Assembly (NCBI GenBank): GCA_040954595.2
Contig: CM082580.2
Coordinates: forward strand, 13,690,242 to 13,754,241
Source: Balanoglossus misakiensis
Lineage: Eukaryota > Animalia > Hemichordata
Reading direction: 5' to 3'
Length of the DNA: 64,000 bases
Both the position numbers and the translations under genes were made by a program. The first letter of the stretch is position 1, and the number at the start of each line of letters is the position of its first letter. The notes under the pieces are model-generated. The model had not been told where the DNA came from. It did no database searches and saw only the letters and a program-made list of their open reading frames with translations. Of the stretch, positions 14,901-25,058 are shown piece after piece.

Positions 14901-17900
14901 TTTTTTGAAAAAATCATGGGTTATAGCTCAGGAAAATCGTCAAAAATCGAAGATTTTTGGACTTTGCGAATTTTCAAAATTTGGTCATTTTTTGAAAAAA
15001 TCATGGGTTATAGCTCAGGAAAATCGTCAAAAATCGAAGATTTTTGGACTTTGCGAATTTTCAAAATTTGGTCATTTTTTGAAAAAATCATGGGTTATAG
15101 CTCAGGAAAATCGTCAAAAATCGAACATTTTTCGACTTTGCGAATTTTCAAAATTTGCTCATTTTTTGAAAAAATCATGGGTTATAGCTCAGGAAAATCG
15201 TCAAAAATCGAATATTTTTCGACTTTGCGAATTTTCAAAATTTGCTCATTTTTTGAAAAAATCATGGGTTATAGCTCAGGAAAATCGTCAAAAATCGAAG
15301 ATTTTTCGACTTTGCGAATTTTCAAAATTTGCTCATTTTTTGAAAAAATCATGGGTTATAGCTCAGGAAAATCGTCAAAAATCGAAGATTTTTCGACTTT
15401 GCGAATTTTCAAAATTTGCTCATTTTTTGAAAAAATCATGGGTTATAGCTCAGGAAAATCGTCAAAAATCGAAGATTTTTCGACTTTGCGAATTTTCAAA
15501 ATTTGCTCATTTTTTGAAAAAATCATGGGTTATAGCTCAGGAAAATCGTCAAAAATCGAAGATTTTTCGACTTTGCGAATTTTCAAAATTCGGTCATTTT
15601 TTGAAAAAATCATGGGTTATAGCTCAGGAAAATCGTGAAAAATCGAAGATTTTTCGACTTTGCGAATTTTCAAAATTTGCTCATTTTTTGAAAAAAATCA
15701 TGGGTTATAGCTCAGGAAAATCGTCAAAAATCGAAGATTTTTCGACTTTGCGAATTTTCAAAATTTGCTCATTTTTTGAAAAAATCATGGGTTATAGCTC
15801 AGGAAAATCGTCAAAAATCGAAGATTTTTGGACTTTGCGAATTTTCAAAATTTGGTCATTTTTGAAAAAAATCATGGGTTATAGCTCAGGAAAATCGTCA
15901 AAAATCGAAGATTTTTCGACTTTGCGAATTTTCAAAATTTGGTCATTTTTTGAAAAAAATCATGGGTTATAGCTCAGGAAAATCGTCAAAAATCAAAGAT
16001 TTTTCGACTTTGCGAATTTTCAAAATTTGGTCATTTTTTGAAAAAATCATGGGTTATAGCTCAGGAAAATAGTCAAAAATCGAAGATTTTTGGACTTTGC
16101 GAATTTTCAAAATTTGGTCATTTTTTGAAAAAATCATGGGTTATAGCTCAGGAAAATCGTCAAAAATCGAAGATTTTTCGACTTTGCGAATTTTCAAAAT
16201 TTGCTCATTTTTTGAAAAAATCATGGGTTATAGCTCAGGAAAATCGTCAAAAATCGAAGATTTTTCGACTTTGCGAATTTTCAAAATTTGGTCATTTTTT
16301 GAAAAAATCATGGGTTATAGCTCAGGAAAATCGTCAAAAATCGAAGATTTTTCGACTTTGCGAATTTTCAAAATTTGGTCATTTTTTGAAAAAATCATGG
16401 GTTATAGCTCAGGAAAATCGTCAAAAATCGAAGATTTTTCGACTTTGCGAATTTTCAAAATTTGGTCATTTTTTGAAAAAATCATGGGTTATAGCTCAGG
16501 AAAATCGTCAAAAATCAAAGATTTTTCGACTTTGCGAATTTTCAAAATTTGGTCATTTTTGAAAAAAATCATGGGTTATAGCTCAGGAAAATCGTCAAAA
16601 ATCAAAGATTTTTCGACTTTGCGAATTTTCAAAATTTGGTCATTTTTTGAAAAAATCATGGGTTATAGCTCAGGAAAATCGTCAAAAATCGAAGATTTTT
16701 GGACTTTGCGAATTTTCAAAATTTGGTCATTTTTTGAAAAAATCATGGGTTATAGCTCAGGAAAATCGTCAAAAATCGAAGATTTTTCGACTTTGCGAAT
16801 TTTCAAAATTTGCTCATTTTTTGAAAAAATCATGGGTTATAGCTCAGGAAAATCGTCAAAAATCGAAGATTTTTCGACTTTGCGAATTTTCAAAATTTGG
16901 TCATTTTTTGAAAAAATCATGGGTTATAGCTCAGGAAAATCGTCAAAAATCGAAGATTTTTCGACTTTGCGAATTTTCAAAATTTGGTCATTTTTTGAAA
17001 AAAATCATGGGTTATAGCTCAGGAAAATCGTCAAAAATCAAAGATTTTTCGACTTTGCGAATTTTCAAAATTTGGTCATTTTTTGAAAAAAATCATGGGT
17101 TATAGCTCAGGAAAATCGTCAAAAATCAAAGATTTTTCGACTTTGCGAATTTTCAAAATTTGGTCATTTTTTGAAAAAATCATGGGTTATAGCTCAGGAA
17201 AATCGTCAAAAATCGAAGATTTTTGGACTTTGCGAATTTTCAAAATTTGGTCATTTTTTGAAAAAATCATGGGTTATAGCTCAGGAAAATCGTCAAAAAT
17301 CGAAGATTTTTGGACTTTGCGAATTTTCAAAATTTGGTCATTTTTTGAAAAAATCATGGGTTATAGCTCAGGAAAATCGTCAAAAATCGAAGATTTTTGG
17401 ACTTTGCGAATTTTCAAAATTTGCTCATTTTTTGAAAAAATCATGGGTTATAGCTCAGGAAAATCGTCAAAAATCGAAGATTTTTCGACTTTGCGAATTT
17501 TCAAAATTTGGTCATTTTTTGAAAAAATCATGGGTTATAGCTCAGGAAAATCGTGAAAAATCGAAGATTTTTCGACTTTGCGAATTTTCAAAATTTGGTC
17601 ATTTTTTGAAAAAATCATGGGTTATAGCTCAGGAAAATCGTCAAAAATCGAAGATTTTTCGACTTTGCGAATTTTCAAAATTTGGTCATTTTTTGAAAAA
17701 ATCATGGGTTATAGCTCAGGAAAATCGTCGAAAATCGAACATTTTTAGACTTTGAGAATTTTCAAAATTTGGTCATTTTTTGAAAAAATCATGGGTTATA
17801 GCTCAGGAAAATCGTCGAAAATCGAACATTTTTAGACTTTGAGAATTTTCAAAATTTGCTCATTTTTTGAAAAAATCATGGGTTATAGCTCAGGAAAATC

Positions 17901-20900
17901 GTCAAAAATCGAATATTTTTCGACTTTGCGAATTTTCAAAATTTGCTCATTTTTTGAAAAAATCATGGGTTATAGCTCAGGAAAATCGTCAAAAATCGAA
18001 TATTTTTCGACTTTGCGAATTTTCAAAATTTGCTCATTTTTTGAAAAAATCATGGGTTATAGCTCAGAAAAATCGTCAAAAATCGAAGATTTTTCGACTT
18101 TGCGAATTTTCAAAATTTGCTCATTTTTTGAAAAAATCATGGGTTATAGCTCAGAAAAATCGTCAAAAATCGAAGATTTTTCGACTTTGCGAATTTTCAA
18201 AATTTGCTCATTTTTTGAAAAAATCATGGGTTATAGCTCAGGAAAATCGTCAAAAATCGAAGATTTTTCGACTTTGCGAATTTTCAAAATTTGGTCATTT
18301 TTTGAAAAAATCATGGGTTATAGCTCAGGAAAATCGTGAAAAATCGAAGATTTTTCGACTTTGCGAATTTTCAAAATTTGGTCATTTTTTGAAAAAATCA
18401 TGGGTTATAGCTCAGGAAAATCGTCAAACATCGAACATTTTTCGACTTTGCGAATTTTCAAAATTTGGTCATTTTTTGAAAAAATCATGGGTTATAGCTC
18501 AGGAAAATCGTCAAACATCGAACATTTTTCGACTTTGCGAATTTTCAAAATTTGGTCATTTTTTGAAAAAATCATGGGTTATAGCTCAGGAAAATCGTCA
18601 AAAATCGAACATTTTTCGACTTTGCGAATTTTCAAAATTTGGTCATTTTTTGAAAAAATCATGGGTTATAGCTCAGGAAAATCGTCAAAAATCGAACATT
18701 TTTAGACTTTGCGAATTTTCAAAATTTGGTCATTTTTTGAAAAAATCATGGGTTATAGCTCAGGTAAATCGTGAAAAATCGAAGATTTTTCGACTTTGCG
18801 AATTTCAAAATTTGGTCATTTTTTGAAAAAATCATGGGTTATAGCTCAGGAAAATCGTCAAAAATCGAACATTTTTCGACTTTGCGAATTTTCAAAATTT
18901 GGTCATTTTTTGAAAAAATCATGGGTTATAGCTCAGGAAAATCGTCAAAAATCGAAGATTTTTAGACTTTGCGAATTTTCAAAATTTGGTCATTTTTTGA
19001 AAAAATCATGGGTTATAGCTCAGGAAAATCGTCAAAAATCGAAGATTTTTGGACTTTGCGAATTTTCAAAATTTGGTCATTTTTTGAAAAAATCATGGGT
19101 TATAGCTAAGGAAAATCGTCAAAAATCGAACATTTTTCGTCTTTGCGAATTTTCAAAATTTGGTCATTTTTTGAAAAAATCATGGGTTATAGCTCAGGAA
19201 AATCGTCAAAAATCGAACATTTTTAGACTTTGCGAATTTTCAAAATTTGGTCATTTTTTGAAAAAATCATGGGTTATAGCTCAGGAAAATCGTCAAAAAT
19301 CGAACATTTTTAGACTTTGCGAATTTTCAAAATTTGGTCATTTTTTGAAAAAATCATGGGTTATAGCTCAGGAAAATCGTCAAAAATCGAACATTTTTAG
19401 ACTTTGCGAATTTTCAAAATTTGCTCATTTTTTGAAAAAATCATGGGTTATAGCTCAGGAAAATCGTCAAAAATCGAATATTTTTCGACTTTGCGAATTT
19501 TCAAAATTTGCTCATTTTTTGAAAAAATCATGGGTTATAGCTCAGGAAAATCGTCAAAAATCGAATATTTTTCGACTTTGCGAATTTTCAAAATTTGCTC
19601 ATTGTTTGAAAAAATCATGGGTTATAGCTCAGGAAAATCGTCAAAAATCGAAGATTTTTCGACTTTGCGAATTTTCAAAATTTGCTCATTTTTTGTAAAA
19701 ATTCATGGTTATAGCTCAGGAAAATCGTGAAAAATCGAAGATTTTTGGACTTTGCGAATTTTCAAAATTTGCTCATTTTTTGAAAAAATCATGGGTTATA
19801 GCTCAGGAAAATCGTCAAAAAGCGAAGATTTTTCGAGTTTGCAAATTTTCAAAATTTGCTCAGTTTTTGAAAAAATCATGGGTTATAGCTCAGGAAAATC
19901 GTCAAAAATCGAAGATTTTTCGAGTTTGCGAATTTTCAAAATTTGCTCATTTTTTGAAAAAATCATGGGTTATAGCTCAGGAAAATCGTCAAAAATCGAA
20001 GATTTTTCGAGTTTGCGAATTTTCAAAATTTGGTCATTTTTTGAAAAAATGGGTTATAGCTCAGGAAAATCGTCAAAAATCGAAGATTTTTCGACTTTGC
20101 GAATTTTGAAAATTTGCTCATTTTTTAAAAAAATCATGGGTTATAGCTCAGGAAAATCGTCAAAAATCGAAGATTTTTGGACTTTGCGAATTTTGAAAAT
20201 TTGCTGATTTTTTGAAAAAATCATGGGTTATAGCTCAGGAAAATCGTCAAAAATCGAAGATTTTTGGACTTTGCGAATTTTGAAAATTTGCTCATTTTTT
20301 AAAAAAATCATGGGTTATAGCTCAGGAAAATCGTCAAAAATCGAAGATTTTTGGACTTTGCGAATTTTGAAAATTTGCTCATTTTTTGAAAAAATCATGG
20401 GTTATAGCTCAGGAAAATCGTCAAAAATCGAAGATTTTTAGACTTTGCGAATTTTCAAAATTTGCTCATTTTTTGAAAAAATCATGGGTTATAGCTCAGG
20501 AAAATCGTCAAAAATCGAAGATTTTTAGACTTTGCGAATTTTGAAAATTTGGTCATTTTTTGAAAAAATCATGGGTTATAGCTCAGGAAAATCGTCAAAA
20601 ATCGAAGATTTTTCGTCTTTGCGAAATTTCAAAATTTGGTCATTTTTTGAAAAAATCATGGGTTATAGCTCAGGAAAATCGTCAAAAATCGAAGATTTTT
20701 GGACTTTGCGAATTTTCAAAATTTGCTCATTTTTTGAAAAAATCATGGGTTATAGCTCAGGAAAATCGTCAAAAATCGAAGATTTTTCGACTTTGCGAAT
20801 TTTCAAAATTTGCTCATTTTTTGAAAAAATCATGGGTTATAGCTCAGGAAAATCGTCAAAAATCGAAGATTTTTGGATTTTGCGAATTTTGAAAATTTGC

Positions 20901-21722
20901 TCATTTTTTTAAAAAAATCATGGGTTATAGCTCAGGAAAATCGTCAAAAATCGAAGATTTTTGGACTTTGCGAATTTTCAAAATTTGCTCATTTTTTGAA
21001 AAAATCATGGGTTATAGCTCAGGAAAATCGTCAAAAATCGAAGATTTTTGGATTTTGCGAATTTTGAAAATTTGCTCATTTTTTAAAAAAAATCATGGGT
21101 TATAGCTCAGGAAAATCGTCAAAAATCGAAGATTTTTGGACTTTGCGAATTTTCAAAATTTGCTCATTTTTTGAAAAAATCATGGGTTATAGCTCAGGAA
21201 AATCATCAAAAATCGAAGATTTTTGGACTTTGCGAATTTTCAAAATTTGCTCATTTTTTGAAAAAATCATGGGTTATAGCTCAGGAAAATCATCAAAAAA
21301 TGATAATTTTTTGACTTTGCCAATTTTCAAAATTTCGTCGATTTTTGAAAAAACCATGGGTTATAGCTCAGGAAAATCATCAAAAAATGAGAATTTTTCG
21401 ACTTTGCGAATTTTCAAAATTTCGTCGATTTTTGAAAAAACCATGGGTTATAGCTCAGGAAAATCATCAAAAAATGAGAATTTTTCGACTTTGCGAATTT
21501 TCAAAATTTCGTCGATTTTTGAAAAAACCATGGGTTATAGCTCAGGAAAATCATCAAAAATGAGAATTTTTCGACTTTGCGAATTTTCAAAATTTCGTCG
21601 ATTTTTGAAAAAACCATGGGTTATAGCTCAGGAAAATCATCAAAAAATGAGAATTTTTCGACTTTGCGAATTTTCAAAATTTCGTCGATTTTTGAAAAAA
21701 CCATGGGTTATTGCTCAGGAAA
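2913..21722 (+). repeat. Satellite block 2 (forward orientation, main homogeneous block; diverged subfamily at about 21290-21722)
   Basis: Monomers read CATGGGTTATAGCTCAGG in this orientation without interruption. Confidence 0.97.
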
Positions 21723-21971
21723 GTGATTTTCATGAGCTATAACCCATGTTTTTTTCGAAAAAATGAAGAAATTTTGAAAATTCGCAAAGTCGAAAAATTG
21801 TCATTTCTGGGTGATTTTCATGAGCTATAACCCATGTTTTTTTCGAAAAAATGAAGAAATTTTGAAAATTCGCAAAGTCGAAAAATTGTCATTTCTGGGT
21901 GATTTTCATGAGCTATAACCCATGGTTTTTTTCGAAAAAATGAAGAAATTTTGAAAATTCGCAAAGTCGAA
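21723..21971 (-). repeat. Satellite block 3 (about 3 diverged monomers, reverse orientation)
   Basis: GTGATTTTCATGAGCTATAACCCATG...TTCGCAAAGTCGAA occurs three times, then unique sequence begins abruptly. Confidence 0.95.
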
Positions 21972-21977
21972 TCTCAC

Positions 21978-24900
21978 CTGTATATGTAGTCTTTTTAATA
22001 CTTTCATCACTGCCAAACCAACCTAATATGGGAAGTCTTGTTGTACCACTTGCAAGGCTAATCACTGAACCTGTTATTAATAACATTAATTGTCATCAGA
22101 TGTTAATGAAACTGAGACTGATGAGGGAAAAAATATATATATAAACAGATATATTTGGTAGGGTGTAATTATGATTGTGTACTGAAAGCAGTATATTGAA
22201 TCTCAATATTGCTGACTGCAATCAAAGTGTTGGGGCAAGTACAGTGGGTGCCAACGTAATTTCTGTACAAAACATCATCACTTACCTCTCCATGCTGCAG
22301 TTCCAACAGCACCTAGAAGTAATGTCTGTGACTGGGGAATGAAGTGTGAACTGAAACCAGCCTGACACCACCCGAACCATGCTACGCCATTGTTATTAGC
22401 GTCTGAAGCAATCTTTCTCTCTGTGTAGACAATTTGTTTTATCAAAAGGGGCCATTAAATCTCCAAAAATCTTTGAAATTAAAGAGTATGTGGCAGTCTG
22501 TGCATTTTCAGTTATAGCCATCATATAGCCATATAGCTAGTCATTGAAGGAAGTAGGCCTACATGTAATATTTGTGCAAAATATATAAATTATGATGAGA
22601 TTATTCTGGTATTAGGAGTATGTATCACAGGATTGTTTAATACATTTTGGCTGCAAACAACCATTGCAGACCTGAATATACTAGTAAGCTGTAAATGGCT
22701 GATACAGCATTGAATCAGATCTGCAGCATAGTCTCTGCAGATCTGCAGGTGTGGTAATTAATGCTTTCATGAATAAAATGGAACAGTTATTTTAAGATTG
22801 TTCTCACCTCCCAGACATGGGCTGATTTTATTGACACTGCTGAAATCCAGATCATGATTGAGAACGTAGCAAACACCCTTGGGAAAGATCTGGTTGCTAT
22901 AGAATTTGTTGGCCCAGCGGTGACCGCAAACCTGAAAGAATCAGCTGCTATAATTAGACAAGATCCTGTCCAAAGTATCAGATCTAAAAAGACATTGTGA
23001 AGTCCATGGTCATTGGGATCTGTTGAAGGTAGTTGATATCATTGACATTGTTTCAAAGTGATGGCCCTGACAGAACAGTTCCTGTGGCATTGTTTTTTTC
23101 TGTGCGGCAGTTATTATTAAACACGTTACTCAAGGTGAAAGAACAAATTGAACGGAAATATTTCCTGAAACTTGAGGACCTTTTTAATCTTCCTGTTATT
23201 AAATGCCTCATAAATCATCATGGGGCTGCTTTGACGCATTTCAGAAAAAGGCTAGTTGTCTTCTTGTCAATTCTTTTCAATTTTTTTCGGGTCAGAGACC
23301 TGAAGTTTTATTAAATCTTTTTCTGGACACAGGAAATCAGAGGATAAAAACACAAATTATCTCATCTTTGCAAAACTACACCGGACGACTTCTGATTATT
23401 TTTGCCCTCGTGTTTAAAAGTAGGTGTCACAGAATAAACTTACAGCAATACTTCCATCCTCTGTGTCCTGTCTCGTCATGGAGACACCCAACCATTGATC
23501 ATCCTTACTGTCTGCATAATATGGAGGACCAGAATCATGTCTTTCATTACCTGCAAAATGGGGCACATTATTCTCTCAAAAACAGTAGCTACATGCACTT
23601 TCCTTTTAAAAAAAATAACTATGATTTTTTTGTATGAATATTTCAGGTCATATAGTTTACCTTTGTCATCCAGTTTTACTTGTTCACATTCGTGCGGTGG
23701 TTGAACGCTACATTTGTACAGAACTCCTGGTCTGTTCAAAGAAGGTTCATAGGTGGAGTTGTCCTTAGGAGCACCAACAAGGACCCTGGAAATTGAAAGT
23801 TTAAACTACCGGGGTAATTTCTATAATTACCCCTGCACAAAGCAATCTATGTACTCTTATTGACCTTTATGTAACTGACACAGTAAAAGAAAGAGGTGAA
23901 TGTCATTTTCCAGGGTCACCAACAAGGACCCTGGAAATAGAATTATTATTAGAACATAATATTATATCTGCACAAATCATATGATTACAACTATTGACCT
24001 CCATGTAACAGACATAGTAACGATGATGATGATCATCATCATCACGACCATGATGATGATTATGATGCAAAGTACCACACTAACCTGTACAAACAACAGA
24101 ATCAACGATAAAGGGCATTTCTGCACAAACTCAAAACCTTTTTTTCTTACACGGAGGCAAAGATTGGATATTGAAATTCAATGCTTATATTTTGTCTTCA
24201 TTTTTTTGCAGCGGAATTCACTTCTGTCAACTGTGCATTTTAACTTTATGTAAACCATATTAACTATCAGGAAATAGAACCGCTACGTATAAAGTAGATA
24301 AAATTCAACGCATAAATTCAGGATTAAGGAAGAGGAAACATTGGACAGGAAATCAGATAACGGACATGAAATGCAATCTTTGCTGGGTCCTGCAGCAAAC
24401 TTTGTGTACTGTAAAAAAAAGTCTCCCACCCCTATTTCTCAATGGAGTTGCCCATTTAACAAAAGGCCAATTGGAGAACTTTATCTTGTCGTGAAGACTG
24501 GTAAAACACTCAATGGAAGATACAAAGATAAATTAAAGGATTTTTGGCTGAAGACCTCATTACCGTTGTGAGTCAAATCCAGTCACTCAAAAACAACAAA
24601 AGTTATGAAAAGTAAAGTACCGGTTTTACTTGTATTACTGAATTGATGTACCACTTTCATTAGACATTGTACACAGTCTGAACCAAAGTAAAAAAAATTA
24701 TTTTGCTCTTACAGTTGTTCTCTTAGCGACATTTGTTCATCGCAAATTGTTTTCACACTTTTGTGAACTCTATGACCAACAACCATGACATACCCCAATA
24801 TCAAAGCCAACAACCAGGTCATCCATGACAGGAAAAGTTCATCAACTTTCATAGAACAGAAAAACAAATTTACTGCACTTACCACTGTCCATGCCTGTTT

Positions 24901-25058
24901 ATGAGTTGCAACACTGTGTAACCAAAGTAACCATCTGATAGACCTGTTCCATTAAAGACAATTGCGTTGCTCACATCAACGTTGAAACATCCACCTGGTC
25001 TCAGCTGAATCAGAAGATGACACACGCAAAACAAGAGTGTCTTCCTCATACTATTCAT
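21978..25058 (-). CDS. Integrin alpha subunit, alpha4/alpha9-like, 5' part only (~253 codons). Exons 24883-25058, 23661-23785, 23444-23550, 22808-22931, 22286-22420, 21978-22070
   Basis: Spliced translation: signal peptide MNSMRKTLLFCVCHLLIQLRPGGC, then FNVDV..YFGYTV..WVLVGAPK..PGVLYKC..DDQWLGVSMTRQ..GSIAVCGHRW..PKGVCY..CQAGFSSHF..LLLGAVGTAAWRG..TYTG. These are FG-GAP beta-propeller blades. All introns are GT-AG with matching phases. Confidence 0.93.

Larger units (their letters stand above)
1..21971. repeat. 87-bp tandem satellite array (~250 monomers), open at the left edge, in three orientation blocks
   Basis: Consensus (+) AAAAAATCATGGGTTATAGCTCAGGAAAATCGTCAAAAATCGAAGATTTTTCGACTTTGCGAATTTTCAAAATTTGGTCATTTTTTG repeats throughout. 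The 29-aa periodicity of the ORF track equals 87 nt. Confidence 0.99.

Noticed and set aside
276-21742. Long ORFs (up to 703 aa) of 29-aa repeats such as MGYSSGKSSKIEDF... and KKSWVIAQENRQK...
   Set aside because: The 87-bp monomer is divisible by 3 and lacks stops in two frames. Frames swap freely at homopolymer indels, so there is no sign of coding constraint.
1-21971. CRISPR-like array or telomeric repeat
   Set aside because: There are no unique spacers, no cas genes and no TTAGGG tract, and the context is eukaryotic.
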